A DNA stretch of 64,000 nt. Source: Candidatus Aegiribacteria sp. (lineage in GTDB: Bacteria; Fermentibacterota; Fermentibacteria; Fermentibacterales; JCC-6). The position numbers were made by a program, and so were the translations under genes. This document shows positions 1-10,924 of this stretch, one piece after another (the first letter of the stretch is position 1; every line of letters starts with the position of its first letter). The DNA lies in contig JAIORS010000191.1 of assembly GCA_021108005.1 (NCBI GenBank), positions 6,345 through 70,344 on the forward strand. Direction: 5' to 3'. The notes beneath the pieces are model-generated. The model did no database searches, was not told where the DNA came from, and saw only the letters and a list, made by a program, of their open reading frames with translations.

Positions 1-1
1 G

Positions 2-913
2 ATGAAGCAGTTGGTTACACTGAATGATAATGATAATTCTATAGCTACTCCCCTTTCGGTGCTTCTCGTGGATGTGGACGGATTGAGGGAAATCAACAGG
101 CTTTTCGGGTACAGGGTAGGAGATAAAACACTGAAAACAGTTGTTTCCACCATAAAGGGATTGATGCGCCCCGGCGATATAATAGGCAGATTCAGGGAAG
201 ATCTGTTCGGAGTTCTTCTTCCCGAAACGGGGGGCGAGAATACCATTAAAGTTGCTGAACGGATCTGTTCCGTTATCGCTGGCACCGAAATAAGGCCCGA
301 CAGGGTTCCCGTGACAGTCAGCATCGGGGCGTCCATTTCATCATCCTGTAAGGAAAACCCGGAGCTTACCGTTAACCGGGCGTATGCAGCCCTGAACCAG
401 GGTAAGGTTCAGGGGGGCAACAAGGCAATTCTGTGGTCAGCTGCGGAAGATTTAAAAGAGTTCGATTCCAAGACGCTGAAGATCTTCAACACCGGCGATC
501 CCGGCTGGGACCATTCCATTAGTATTACCATCATGGAACTGCTCACAACTGAAAGCCCCTCACTGGAAATGCTTGCGGAAAAACTGCGAGACGTTCTGCG
601 GAGTGAATTTATCTTTATGGAGGATGACAAAGGAAACAGCTTCAGAATCGGCAGTAAAATCCTCAGAAGGATTCCTGATGAAATTCGTATGAATTCAACC
701 AACAGGATAAAATCACATTCGGGAATACTTGGCAGATACGAAGTCCTTTCAGTGCGACTGCAATACGGAGGAAGGCTCGTTTCAGCATGGGACAACGTGG
801 AGGGGATACCCGGCAGCCTGAAAAACATTTTCAGGGCTCTCGCCTCTCTTGCCAGCCTTCTTATTCGGGGAGGATCAGCAGTTACGGGGCATTCGCCTGA
901 ATTGCGGCCCTGA
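2..913 (+). CDS. GGDEF-domain protein, 5'-partial; active-site motif degenerate (RFRED/REDLF where GGDEF/GGEEF is expected)
   Basis: LLVDVDGLREINRLFGYRVGDKTLK...GRFREDLFGVLLPET matches the GGDEF diguanylate-cyclase fold, but the GG(D/E)EF signature is replaced. The ORF runs off the 5' edge of the window. Confidence 0.55.
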   Translation: MKQLVTLNDNDNSIATPLSVLLVDVDGLREINRLFGYRVGDKTLKTVVSTIKGLMRPGDIIGRFREDLFGVLLPETGGENTIKVAERICSVIAGTEIRPDRVPVTVSIGASISSSCKENPELTVNRAYAALNQGKVQGGNKAILWSAAEDLKEFDSKTLKIFNTGDPGWDHSISITIMELLTTESPSLEMLAEKLRDVLRSEFIFMEDDKGNSFRIGSKILRRIPDEIRMNSTNRIKSHSGILGRYEVLSVRLQYGGRLVSAWDNVEGIPGSLKNIFRALASLASLLIRGGSAVTGHSPELRP

Positions 914-3707
914 GAAATTTGCCCGTATGGGAAACTTCACTGTTAACCAGCTGGTCAGGTGTACCGGTTGCTATTATTTCTCCCCCCGCATCACCTCCGT
1001 CGGGTCCAAGGTCTATTATCCAGTTGGCGTTCTTTATGACATCAAGGTTGTGTTCGATGACAATTACAGTATTTCCAGCCCTGACAAGCCTTCCCAGCAC
1101 CATAAGCAGTTTCTTCACATCATGGAAGTGGAGACCTGTTGTGGGTTCATCCAGAAGGTATACCGTGTGAGTTGACCCCGGACGTGAAAGTTCCCTTGCG
1201 AGCTTTATCCTCTGCGCTTCACCTCCGGACAAGGTTGTCGCCTGCTGGCCAAGCTTGATGTAGCCCAGCCCCACGTCGTCCAGCACTTTAAGAATGCGGT
1301 ATATGGCCGGGATTCTTTCAAAATGGATAAGTGCTTCACTGACAGTTAGTTCAAGAACTTCAGCGATGTTCAGTCCATGGTAAGTGATTTTGAGCGTTTC
1401 GCGGTTGAATCGGTGACCTTTACATGTCCTGCATTCGATGAAGACATCCGACAGGAAATGCATTTCTATTTTTATTAAACCTGCTCCCCTGCATTCCTCG
1501 CATCTTCCGCCTTTCACATTGAAGCTGAATCTACTTGGTTTGTACCCCCGGACCTTTGCCTGAGCCGTCTGAGCGAAGAGCTTCCTTATATGGTCGAATA
1601 CCTTTGTATAAGTAGCGGGATTGGATCTTGGTGTTCTTCCAATAGGGTCCTGGGAGATATTTATAACCTTGTCCACTTTTTCGACTCCCCGGAGGGAGCC
1701 GTAGGGCCCGGGGCGTAGTTTCAGCATGTTTCCAGTTGCTGCGGAAAGAGCCGGATAAAGAGTCTGGCTGATGAGAGAACTTTTACCCGATCCTGATACT
1801 CCCGTGATACAGATAAACTTTCCCAGGGGGATTTTAAGGTTAACATCCTTAAGATTATGAAGAGTTGCCTTCTTCAGAATAAGGAAACCGCTGGATTTTC
1901 CATAGGCAGGCACTGTTCTATGAATAAATTTCCTTCCTGAAAGGTAGTCACCCGTAAGAGATTCTTCCGATGACATTATCTCCTCAGGAGTTCCGGCAGC
2001 CACGACATTGCCTCCGTGTATACCTGCTCCAGGGCCGAAATCCACCACATGATCAGCAGAAAGAATCGTATCATGATCATGTTCTACAACCAGGACTGTA
2101 TTGCCAAGATCCCTTAGCTCCTTCAGTGTGGTGAGGAGCCTTCTGTTATCTCTCTGATGGAGACCAATTGTGGGTTCATCCAGTACGTAAAGCACTCCTG
2201 TAAGGCCGCTTCCTATCTGGCTTGCGAGCCTTATTCTCTGGGCTTCACCACCGGAAAGGGTTGGTGATGATCTGTCCAGAGTAAGGTAATGAAGCCCTAC
2301 ATTCACAAGAAAGTCCAGCCTGCTGCGAATCTCTCTCAGGAGTTCTTCCGCCACCTTCTTTTTCCACGGATCAAGTTCGAGGTGCGTAAAAAAATCATGA
2401 AGTTCATGAACGGTCATGGAATTGAGCTCGTGTATTCCTCTGTCACCTACGGTTACTGCCCTGGCTTCCCTTCTCAGGCGGGTGCCTTCGCAGACTGAAC
2501 AGTTGGTCTTATTGAAGAATTTCTCGTAATGTTTCCTTGCGGCCTGGCTGCTCGTGCTGCGGTAGCGCCTCTCAAGCCTGGGAATAACTCCCTCCCAGAT
2601 GGTTTCCCACGTTCCGGCACTGTTCTTCGATGACCATGATATGCTTATTTTCCGGTTGGCTGAACCGTACAGTATTTCATCCTGTACTTCCGGGGACAAA
2701 CTCTGCCACGGAGCACCAAGACTGAAATCAAGTTCTCTGGACAATGCCCGCACCAGGTTTTTCACGTGGCTGGAAGGTATACCCCAGGGGGCAATAGCTC
2801 CGTCCTTTATTGACAGAGCTTTCCTTGGCAGCACCAGCAGCGGGTCAACCTTGAGTTCGTATCCAAGTCCCGAGCACTCAAGACACATTCCGAGGGGGTT
2901 ATTGAAACTGAACAGCTGAGGGGTGAGATCAGGCATGCTTATACCGCAGTATGCGCAGGCGCTGCTTTCGCTCATCAGGGTTTCTTCACCGGTGTCCGCA
3001 TTGACTACGGAAAGTATTCCATCCCCTTCACCCAGCGCTGTTTCCACGGAGTCCATAAGCCTGCTGGCGATACCCTTTTCGCATACTATCCGGTCAACCA
3101 CGAGATGAATATCGTGCTTCTTTTTGCTGTTCAGCGTTATGTTCTCTTCGAGACTTCTGGTTTTTCCGTCAATAAGAACCCGGACGTAACCCTTTTTTCT
3201 CAGTGTCGGGAAGAGGTCTGTATGGGCACCCTTTCTGTTTCGAAGAAGTGGAGCAGTTATCAGCAATCTTGTGCCTTCAGGGAATTCAAGAATCCTGTCC
3301 ACCATCTGCTGCGGTGACTGGCTTGAAACCTTTCTACCGCACTCCGGGCAGTGGGGAGTACCGACCCTGGCATAAAGAACCCTCATGTAATCGGATATCT
3401 CCGTTACGGTTCCAACGGTGGACCTGGGATTATGGCTTACCGTTTTCTGTTCAATGGAAATAGCGGGAGAAAGCCCCTCGATGCTTTCGTAAAGGGGTTT
3501 TTCCAGCTGGCCAAGAAATTGTCTTGCATAGGCTGAAAGTGATTCTACATACCTTCGCTGCCCCTCGGCGTAGAGGGTATCAAACGCAAAGGAGCTTTTG
3601 CCGGAACCGGATACGCCTGTCAGGACCACAAGCCTGTTTCTGGGAAACTCCACAGTGATATTCTTGAGATTATGCTCTCTGGCTCCCCGCACGATAATTT
3701 TGTCCAT
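882..3707 (-). CDS. uvrA: Excinuclease ABC subunit A (UvrA)
   Basis: MDKIIVRGAREHNLKNI...LTGVSGSGKSSFAFDTLYAEGQRRYVESLSAYARQF, two ABC ATPase modules, zinc-finger cysteines. The ORF track extends to 3863, but the conserved UvrA N-terminus begins at the ATG at 3707. Confidence 0.95.
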   Translation of the reverse strand: MDKIIVRGAREHNLKNITVEFPRNRLVVLTGVSGSGKSSFAFDTLYAEGQRRYVESLSAYARQFLGQLEKPLYESIEGLSPAISIEQKTVSHNPRSTVGTVTEISDYMRVLYARVGTPHCPECGRKVSSQSPQQMVDRILEFPEGTRLLITAPLLRNRKGAHTDLFPTLRKKGYVRVLIDGKTRSLEENITLNSKKKHDIHLVVDRIVCEKGIASRLMDSVETALGEGDGILSVVNADTGEETLMSESSACAYCGISMPDLTPQLFSFNNPLGMCLECSGLGYELKVDPLLVLPRKALSIKDGAIAPWGIPSSHVKNLVRALSRELDFSLGAPWQSLSPEVQDEILYGSANRKISISWSSKNSAGTWETIWEGVIPRLERRYRSTSSQAARKHYEKFFNKTNCSVCEGTRLRREARAVTVGDRGIHELNSMTVHELHDFFTHLELDPWKKKVAEELLREIRSRLDFLVNVGLHYLTLDRSSPTLSGGEAQRIRLASQIGSGLTGVLYVLDEPTIGLHQRDNRRLLTTLKELRDLGNTVLVVEHDHDTILSADHVVDFGPGAGIHGGNVVAAGTPEEIMSSEESLTGDYLSGRKFIHRTVPAYGKSSGFLILKKATLHNLKDVNLKIPLGKFICITGVSGSGKSSLISQTLYPALSAATGNMLKLRPGPYGSLRGVEKVDKVINISQDPIGRTPRSNPATYTKVFDHIRKLFAQTAQAKVRGYKPSRFSFNVKGGRCEECRGAGLIKIEMHFLSDVFIECRTCKGHRFNRETLKITYHGLNIAEVLELTVSEALIHFERIPAIYRILKVLDDVGLGYIKLGQQATTLSGGEAQRIKLARELSRPGSTHTVYLLDEPTTGLHFHDVKKLLMVLGRLVRAGNTVIVIEHNLDVIKNANWIIDLGPDGGDAGGEIIATGTPDQLVNSEVSHTGKFLRAAIQANAP

Positions 3708-4061
3708 AACTCTCTTTCTCAACAGAGTTTTATTAGCGCAGCACTCCCGCAACCATATACTATACAACTTCAACTGAAACATAGAATGTGCCACAATAGC
3801 ACGGCATTTATAAACGGAGGAAGGGGAGCTGATTCGATGAGTTTGTAAAATATTGCGGGACAATATACTATGGGTACGGGTATTTCTGGCATGATGATTG
3901 CTCGAAATATATCCGAATTGAATTCCCGGCTGGCCGAAGAATAAGGAAGGTATCGGTCGGGTTCTAGAAGTAACCAGTGATTTGAAGACCCGTAATAAGG
4001 GTGAAGTTTAAACGTATTCTTCCATTACTTTCGCAGGAAGAGAAGAAGAGGAGATGAAAAC

Positions 4062-5981
4062 ATGGGAAAAATAATAGGAATAGACCTTGGAACCACGAAT
4101 TCATGCGTGGCCGTTATGGAGGGCGGTGAGCCTACCGTAATACCCAACGCTGAAGGCGCGAGAACTACACCTTCGGTAGTAGCCTTCAATGACAAGGGTG
4201 AGAGGCTTGTAGGTGTTGTAGCCTACAGGCAGGCAGTGGCGAATCCCGAGAATACGATATTCTCGATAAAGAGATTCATGGGATGCAAGTACAACGAGAT
4301 GAAAAGTGAAATTGAAAGGGTTCCCTACAAGGTTATTGAGGGGAAGAACGGCGATGCCTGGGTGGAAATCATGGGCAAGAAGTACTCACCCCCGGAAATA
4401 TCCGCGATGATACTTCAGAAAATGAGGCAGACAGCCGAGGATTACCTGGGAGAGAAAGTAGAGAAAGCGGTTGTGACCGTTCCCGCGTATTTCAACGACA
4501 GTCAGAGGCAGGCCACCAAGGATGCCGGGAAAATAGCCGGTCTTGAAGTGGAAAGAATTGTAAACGAACCCACAGCGGCAGCTCTTGCCTACGGACTTGA
4601 CAAGGAATCCTCAAACAGGACTATCGCCGTATACGACCTCGGTGGAGGAACCTTTGATATATCAATACTGGAAATTGGTGACGGGGTTTTTGAGGTTAAA
4701 TCAACCAATGGAGATACTCACCTGGGTGGGGACGATTTCGACCATGCCATCATTAACTGGATGGTTGCCGAATTCAAGAAGCAGCAGGGCATCGATCTGT
4801 CCAATGACAAAATGGCCATTCAGAGGCTCAAGGAAGCTGCTGAAACAGCCAAATGCGAGCTTTCAACAACACAGAGCACCAATATCAACCTTCCTTTCGT
4901 CACGGCGGATTCAGCCGGGGCGAAGCATCTCGACATGACACTTACAAGATCAAAACTCGAACAGCTGGTTGATGACCTTGTAGAAAGAACAGTGGCTCCC
5001 TGTAGAACGGCATTGAAGGATGCCGGTATCGAGGCGTCAGCTATAGACGATGTTCTTCTGGTCGGTGGACAGACCCGGATGCCGCTTGTTCAGAGGAAGG
5101 TTACCGAGATATTCGGCAAGGAACCTCACAAAGGAGTCAACCCGGATGAAGTGGTTGCCGTTGGAGCAGCCATCCAGGCAGGTGTACTCTCAGGTGATGT
5201 CAAAGATGTCCTTCTTCTGGATGTTACTCCGCTTACACTTGGTATCGAAACCCTCGGCGGAGTGGCGACACCCATTATAGACAAAAACACAACTATACCT
5301 ACAAAGAAAAGCCAGATATTCAGTACCGCAGCTGACAGCCAGCCCCAGGTGGAGATCATCGTGCTTCAGGGCGAAAGAAAAATGGCGGCAGACAACAGGA
5401 CTGTTGGAAGATTCGTTCTTGACGGTATTCCACCTGCCCCCAGGGGAATGCCTCAGATAGAAGTAACGTTCGATATCGATGCTAACGGAATTCTTCACGT
5501 TTCAGCAAAGGATAAGGCTACCGGGAAGGAACAGAAGATCAAGATAGAAGCCTCCAGCGGACTATCCAAAGATGAAATAGAAAGTATGATTCATGACGCT
5601 GAAGCTCATGCAGATGAGGATGCTAAAAAGAAGGATATAATAGAAAGGCGCAATCAGGCCGATGCCATGGTTTTCGAAATCGAGAAACAGATGAAGGAAT
5701 ACGGAGACAAAATATCTTCAGATGACAGATCCAGGCTTGATGCTGCAGTTTCGGAAATGAAGAAGGCACTTGAGGGGGAAGATGACGATCTGATAAAGCA
5801 GAAGTCAGAGAGTCTTCAGGAAACCTGGAAGCAGTTCGGGGAAGCCTTCTACAAGCAGCAGCAGGCTCAGGAGCAGGATGCGGGACCAGCCGGACAGGCC
5901 GGAGAAACAACCGGAACAGCTGATGCCGGTGGAGATGAAGACAACACTGTTGACGCTGATTACGAAGTTGTTGATGACTGA
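4062..5981 (+). CDS. dnaK: Chaperone DnaK (Hsp70)
   Basis: [13 protein letters not shown]...DLGGGTFD...[11 protein letters not shown], full-length with acidic C-terminal tail. Confidence 0.97.
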   Translation: MGKIIGIDLGTTNSCVAVMEGGEPTVIPNAEGARTTPSVVAFNDKGERLVGVVAYRQAVANPENTIFSIKRFMGCKYNEMKSEIERVPYKVIEGKNGDAWVEIMGKKYSPPEISAMILQKMRQTAEDYLGEKVEKAVVTVPAYFNDSQRQATKDAGKIAGLEVERIVNEPTAAALAYGLDKESSNRTIAVYDLGGGTFDISILEIGDGVFEVKSTNGDTHLGGDDFDHAIINWMVAEFKKQQGIDLSNDKMAIQRLKEAAETAKCELSTTQSTNINLPFVTADSAGAKHLDMTLTRSKLEQLVDDLVERTVAPCRTALKDAGIEASAIDDVLLVGGQTRMPLVQRKVTEIFGKEPHKGVNPDEVVAVGAAIQAGVLSGDVKDVLLLDVTPLTLGIETLGGVATPIIDKNTTIPTKKSQIFSTAADSQPQVEIIVLQGERKMAADNRTVGRFVLDGIPPAPRGMPQIEVTFDIDANGILHVSAKDKATGKEQKIKIEASSGLSKDEIESMIHDAEAHADEDAKKKDIIERRNQADAMVFEIEKQMKEYGDKISSDDRSRLDAAVSEMKKALEGEDDDLIKQKSESLQETWKQFGEAFYKQQQAQEQDAGPAGQAGETTGTADAGGDEDNTVDADYEVVDD

Positions 5982-6637
5982 TGGCAGATCCAAGAAGGAG
6001 CCGTAGTAAAAAAAAGGAAGGTACTTCCGCAAGAGGAAAAATTCCCATTTCGGTAGTTGAGGACGAGATGGAGAAAAACCTTGAGGAAGCCGGGAATTCT
6101 AAGGCTGATGAAGAAGTTGAAAATCCGGAACTTCCAACGGATTCTAAACCTGATCCAATAAAACTGCAGCTTCAGGATAAGCTCCTGAGGCTGCAGGCGG
6201 AATTTGACAACTACAGGAAGCGTCAGGCAAGAGATTTTCGAAAACTGTGTACCCAGGGCAAGAAAGAGCTGATAAAAGAGCTTCTTGCTGTGCTGGATAA
6301 TTACCACAGGGCAGAGCAACTGGTAAAAGAGGGGGGGCACTCCGTAGAAGAGATAGCCGATGGGCTGATGAAAACATCTGAGCAGCTGGTTGGTATTCTG
6401 AAACAGGAGGGCCTTAGTGAACTGGATATAAAGAAAGGTGATCCCTTTGACCCCAATATTCAAGAAGCCATGATTGCGGAAGAAGAAGAAGGTCTGGATC
6501 AGGATACCGTTCTGGAAGTATATCAAAAAGGATACCGTTTAGGCGAGGATCTTCTCCGTCCCGCGAGAGTAAAGGTTGGAAAACCTGTTTTAAAACCCAC
6601 TGCCGGGGAGCAGGATGAAGGTGAAGAGGGAGAATAG
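5981..6637 (+). CDS. grpE: Nucleotide exchange factor GrpE
   Basis: ATG overlaps the dnaK TGA. LQAEFDNYRKR, LAVLDNYHRAEQ and C-terminal GYRLGEDLLRPARVKV motifs. Confidence 0.9.
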   Translation: MADPRRSRSKKKEGTSARGKIPISVVEDEMEKNLEEAGNSKADEEVENPELPTDSKPDPIKLQLQDKLLRLQAEFDNYRKRQARDFRKLCTQGKKELIKELLAVLDNYHRAEQLVKEGGHSVEEIADGLMKTSEQLVGILKQEGLSELDIKKGDPFDPNIQEAMIAEEEEGLDQDTVLEVYQKGYRLGEDLLRPARVKVGKPVLKPTAGEQDEGEEGE

Positions 6638-6643
6638 AAAACA

Positions 6644-7651
6644 GTGAATAAAGACCTCTACTCCATCCTGGGGGCTGACGAGAAAGCATCGCAGGAAGAA
6701 CTGAAGAAGTCTTACCGCAAGCTGGCCAAGAAGTATCATCCCGATGCGAACCCTGGAGATAAGAAAGCGGAAGAACGTTTCAAGGAAATCTCCGAAGCGT
6801 ACGATATTCTCGGCAGCAAAGAAAAAAGAGAACAGTACGATCAGATGCGGAGGGGCGGCGGAGACTTTTCGTGGGGTGAAGCCGGCGGTCAGAGAGGAAA
6901 TCCCTTTGGCGACGGCGGTTTAGCTGACATCCTTCGTTCGATGTTCGGTGGCGGTGGAGGCGGCGGAGGCGGCGGTTTCGGACAGAGGAGAGCCTCAAGA
7001 CCTACCGTTGTTGTATCTGTCCCGTTTAAAACTGCTGCCCTGGGAGGAACTGTCAGGGCTAATATGGAAGTGCCCTCCACATGTCCTGTATGCATGGGAG
7101 CAGGAGGCTCGGGAGAAGAACGCTGCAGCCAGTGCGGTGGTTCAGGCAGAATACAGCAGGGCCAGATGGTAATGCCCTGTCCGGCCTGTGGAGGTTCAGG
7201 CAGGACTTTCAAAAATAAATGTTCGAAGTGTCATGGAACCGGCGAAGTCATGTCTTCAGAAGTTGTTGACCTGAACATTCCCGCAGGATCAGATGACGGA
7301 TCAGTGCTGCGTCTCGCAACACCCTCCAGGAAGACAGTGATGGTAAAACTGAGGGTTAAGCCGGACAGTTTTTTCAGGAGAGACGGCAGGAACATTCACT
7401 GTACAGTGAAGATAAATGTTCCCCAGGCAGTTCTGGGCACGAAACTGAAAATACGTACTCTCGACGGCAAAATAGTACTTAAGATTCATCCTGGAACCCA
7501 GCCTGAAACGGTTCTGAGAATTCCAGGAAAGGGTGTTCCCTACAGAGGTACAAAGGGAGACCAGCTGGTTCATGTGGAGGTTACAGTACCAGAATCCGTA
7601 ACGGAAGAGGAAAAGGTTCTCTGGGAGAAACTTTCAGGGAAAAAAGCTTGA
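6644..7651 (+). CDS. dnaJ: Chaperone DnaJ
   Basis: GTG start. J domain with KKYHPD, Gly/Phe-rich region, four CxxCxGxG zinc-finger repeats. Confidence 0.93.
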   Translation: MNKDLYSILGADEKASQEELKKSYRKLAKKYHPDANPGDKKAEERFKEISEAYDILGSKEKREQYDQMRRGGGDFSWGEAGGQRGNPFGDGGLADILRSMFGGGGGGGGGGFGQRRASRPTVVVSVPFKTAALGGTVRANMEVPSTCPVCMGAGGSGEERCSQCGGSGRIQQGQMVMPCPACGGSGRTFKNKCSKCHGTGEVMSSEVVDLNIPAGSDDGSVLRLATPSRKTVMVKLRVKPDSFFRRDGRNIHCTVKINVPQAVLGTKLKIRTLDGKIVLKIHPGTQPETVLRIPGKGVPYRGTKGDQLVHVEVTVPESVTEEEKVLWEKLSGKKA

Positions 7652-7716
7652 CGCGGATACTCGAGCGTATTATTCCCTGTACAACGTTAATTTGAACAGA
7701 TAAGAAGGAGACTTTT

Positions 7717-7893
7717 TTGAACTATGCCTATCTTGCCCTGTTGATCCCGGGGTTTCTGCTTGCAGTTGCCGGGTTTGTGATGCTCGGAAAGAAACTTCAT
7801 CCGGTAATTACAGGTTTTATGTTTCTTGCAGGGATAGCCGCCCTTGTCCTTGGGGTTCTACTGACCTGCGTCCCGGAATTCTTCTCCGGTTAA
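7717..7893 (+). CDS. Small hydrophobic membrane peptide (58 aa), two predicted TM helices
   Basis: TTG start 7 nt after an AAGGAG ribosome-binding site. Translation LNYAYLALLIPGFLLAVAGFVMLGKKLHPVITGFMFLAGIAALVLGVLLTCVPEFFSG. Not in the ORF track (below 60 aa, non-ATG start). Confidence 0.3.
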   Translation: MNYAYLALLIPGFLLAVAGFVMLGKKLHPVITGFMFLAGIAALVLGVLLTCVPEFFSG

Positions 7894-7970
7894 ATTAGCT
7901 ATATAGAACAGAATTGCACATGACAGCGTAAATAGTTACATTCTTTAATATGAACGGAGTGTGACTGATC

Positions 7971-9566
7971 ATGAAGTATTCAATTCCTCTTCTGACTGCA
8001 TTAACCACAATAGCATTAGCGGAGACCCTTCTCGTTCCCTCTCAGTACCCTTCCATTCAGAATGCCATCAACGCTGCTCAGGACGGCGATACGGTACTTG
8101 TGTCCCCCGATGAATACGAAGGACCTATTAACTTTGAGGGGAAGAACATCGTTGTATCAAGTACAGCAGGTGCCGGCAGTACTCTAATCAGAACCTCCCG
8201 TAATTACCACTGCGTGTCCATCGCAGGAGGGCAGGACAGCACAGCTGTTCTTGAAGGCTTCACAGTAAGTAACCAGGTCTCGGATAATGAAGTATCTCGC
8301 GATACTATCGGCTGTGGTGGAGGCCTTTACATCGTTAATGCATCTCCAACCATTCGGAACAATATCATTACGGACTGCGTTGCTGAAAGTCAGGGAGGGG
8401 GATTATTTCTGGAGAACTCATCCACGCTGATGTCAGGCTGTATCATCAGCAATAACACCGCGATGTTCTCCGGTGGAGTATCTGCTCTATCTTGCGGGAA
8501 GCTTGATCATCCTTTGCGCATAATCGACTGTACAATTACAGGCAATCAATCTACAGATATGGCTGGCGGACTTTCGTGTAATAGTAGTAGTTCAATAGTA
8601 ATTATCAACAATTATATCAGCGATAATTACACGTACCTTTCTGGTGGAGGTATACTGCTAAATTACACCAATGCGCTACTTTTTGGAAATACCATTTCCG
8701 GAAATGACGCATTCGATGGAGGTGGAATTTCAATAAGACATTCTGAACCGACGATAATCGGAAACATCATTGTTCGGAATACTGCTGATTACGGAGCGGG
8801 CATATACCAACTTTCAGGTCTCTTCGAACATTTAGAAAACAATACTATTGCAAACAATGCCGCGTCCGTCAGAGGTGGTGGTCTTTTATGTAAGGACGGT
8901 TCCATTTCTATTGTTAATTCCATTTTGTGGGGGAACATCGCTCCAACAGGATCTCAGATACTTATGGATAATGCTGATGTTTCGGTTGAATATTGCGATG
9001 TCGAGTACGGAGAAGATTCCGTGTATAACTTTGCAAGTTCCACACTCAACTGGGGCCCGGGCAACATCGATATCGATCCTGAGTTCGAGACGGGGCCTTT
9101 TGGTGATTATCACCTTCCATGGGGTACACCCTGTGTTGATGCGGGCAATCCCGCTTCAGAGTACAACGATCCCGAAGATCCTTTCAATCCGGGCTACGCC
9201 CTTTGGCCCGCGATGGGACTTATTCGTAACGACATGGGAGCCTTCGGAGGAGGAGGAGTAGACTACTGGCTTTCTGTGGAAGAGGAAGAATTATCACCGA
9301 CTGAAAATGGGCTTCCGTTAAAATCCTTCCCCAATCCGTTCAGTTCATCATGCACTGTGTGTTATCAGCTTGATGAAGCTTCACAAGTTGTTCTTCAGGT
9401 GTTCGATCTATCCGGTCGGCTCGTTGAGACCCTTGTAGATAAGGCTGTTCCCTCAGGCATGCACTCCGAACACTTCGATGGCTCCGGCCTCTGCCCGGGC
9501 GTGTACCTGATAAGACTGGTCGCGGTAGATGTTTCAACTTCACGGAGATGCATTGTACTTAGATAG
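7971..9566 (+). CDS. Secreted right-handed beta-helix repeat protein with T9SS C-terminal sorting domain
   Basis: N-terminal signal peptide. Repeated GGG(L/I)...N..I.gN modules of pectate-lyase-like beta-helix type. C-terminal ~80 aa (LKSFPNPFSSSCTV...VYLIRLVAVD) resemble the Por/T9SS sorting domain. Confidence 0.7.
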   Translation: MKYSIPLLTALTTIALAETLLVPSQYPSIQNAINAAQDGDTVLVSPDEYEGPINFEGKNIVVSSTAGAGSTLIRTSRNYHCVSIAGGQDSTAVLEGFTVSNQVSDNEVSRDTIGCGGGLYIVNASPTIRNNIITDCVAESQGGGLFLENSSTLMSGCIISNNTAMFSGGVSALSCGKLDHPLRIIDCTITGNQSTDMAGGLSCNSSSSIVIINNYISDNYTYLSGGGILLNYTNALLFGNTISGNDAFDGGGISIRHSEPTIIGNIIVRNTADYGAGIYQLSGLFEHLENNTIANNAASVRGGGLLCKDGSISIVNSILWGNIAPTGSQILMDNADVSVEYCDVEYGEDSVYNFASSTLNWGPGNIDIDPEFETGPFGDYHLPWGTPCVDAGNPASEYNDPEDPFNPGYALWPAMGLIRNDMGAFGGGGVDYWLSVEEEELSPTENGLPLKSFPNPFSSSCTVCYQLDEASQVVLQVFDLSGRLVETLVDKAVPSGMHSEHFDGSGLCPGVYLIRLVAVDVSTSRRCIVLR

Positions 9567-9573
9567 GGTTAAC

Positions 9574-10896
9574 ATGAAGCATTTCGTTTTGATAGTGATC
9601 GTGTTGCTGATTCTCTCCTGCGGGGACAACCCCGCTGAACCTGCCGGTCCTGATTATCCCACTCCCTCGGTTCTTTCAGCTCTGTTTATGGGGGGCTGGT
9701 TTCCGCCCGATACATCCAAAGGCACGTGTAACGATATTCAACTTACATGGACCATGTGTCCGGATAGTACATTCTGGAAGTATACTCTGTACAGGTCAAA
9801 TACTCCCGATATCGAATCACTTCCCGATTCAGCGGAAGTCATTTACACAAGCTTCGACGCTTCCGATACTGCATACACAGACACAAATACATCGTGGGAC
9901 ACCTGGTTCTACTACGCTGTCAGAACGTACGATCAGGATACTCTTGGTTCCTGGAGCAACGAAGCATCACTATATATACCGTCCCGCACCTCATTCGGAG
10001 GGCCGGATTCGCTTGTTGAACTCGTGGATGTCGGTGCCGGCCCGGGAGGTATCTGTACGGTTCCTTCGGGAGATTATGTTTACGTGTCATGCTATTTTGA
10101 TAACTCCGTTTACGTTCTGGAGACATTCGATCCTGCCGTATATACAAGTGTTCCTGTTAGCGGCGGTCCCATTGATGTATGCGCCGGTTCTCAATACGCG
10201 TACGTATCGTGTTCTTCAAGCGACGAAGTTGCTGTGATAAGGACATCCGACAACACTGTGGAATCAACGGTATCGGTTGGTGATTCACCCTCCGGGCTGT
10301 GTATCACTCCGGACGGCTCCAGAGTTTACGTCTGCTGCTACGGCAGTGATGAGGTATGGTGCCTTGATGCTTCTTCACTTGCCGTTCTTGATGTAATAAC
10401 GGTTGGCGACGGACCATGGGACATCTGTACGCTGCCTTCCGGTGAATACGCCTATCTGACCTGCAGGCTTGATGGAACAGTATCGGTTGTACGGGTTTCG
10501 GATAACTGCGTTGTTTCAACTCTGAATACCGCTTCGGAACCTGTGGGTATCTGCTCATCAATATCCGGAGATTACGTTTATGTATGTGATTACTCTTCCG
10601 GTGAGATTGTACCTGTAAGAACATCTGATAACTCGATACAGTCATCAATCAGTGTCGGCAGCGGTCCTATTGGTATCGCTGTTGTTCCCAACGGCAACCT
10701 GGCTTACGTGTCATGCAATATCTCTAACAGGGTCTATCTGGTTGATCTAACCATTGGTTTGATGGTAAGCTACCTTCCGGTCGGGGTAAGACCGAACGGT
10801 GTATGTTCACTGCCTTCAGGTGAATATGTATACGTAGCTAACAGCAGTTCCGGCTCGGTAAGCGTGTTCGGGTACAGCAGTCTGGAATATCGGTAA
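9574..10896 (+). CDS. Lipoprotein with YVTN-family beta-propeller repeats
   Basis: LSCG lipobox. About seven ~40-aa repeats of the form P.GI...P.G.Y.YV..y.s..V.Vi. Confidence 0.6.
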   Translation: MKHFVLIVIVLLILSCGDNPAEPAGPDYPTPSVLSALFMGGWFPPDTSKGTCNDIQLTWTMCPDSTFWKYTLYRSNTPDIESLPDSAEVIYTSFDASDTAYTDTNTSWDTWFYYAVRTYDQDTLGSWSNEASLYIPSRTSFGGPDSLVELVDVGAGPGGICTVPSGDYVYVSCYFDNSVYVLETFDPAVYTSVPVSGGPIDVCAGSQYAYVSCSSSDEVAVIRTSDNTVESTVSVGDSPSGLCITPDGSRVYVCCYGSDEVWCLDASSLAVLDVITVGDGPWDICTLPSGEYAYLTCRLDGTVSVVRVSDNCVVSTLNTASEPVGICSSISGDYVYVCDYSSGEIVPVRTSDNSIQSSISVGSGPIGIAVVPNGNLAYVSCNISNRVYLVDLTIGLMVSYLPVGVRPNGVCSLPSGEYVYVANSSSGSVSVFGYSSLEYR

Positions 10897-10924
10897 AGTA
10901 CATAACCTTTATATGCAGCTTATG

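Noticed and set aside
409-828. Antisense and alternative-frame ORFs nested in confident genes (e.g. 409-828, 2289-3536, 5126-6526, 19063-19703, 35287-35715, 36157-37314, 49038-49634)
   Set aside because: They lie fully inside well-supported genes on the other strand or frame and have low-complexity, unconserved translations.
3735-3765. CIRCE-like sequence ttagcgcagcactcc upstream of dnaK
   Set aside because: It does not form the TTAGCACTC-N9-GAGTGCTAA inverted repeat. It also sits at the uvrA 5' end on the opposite side of the intergenic region.
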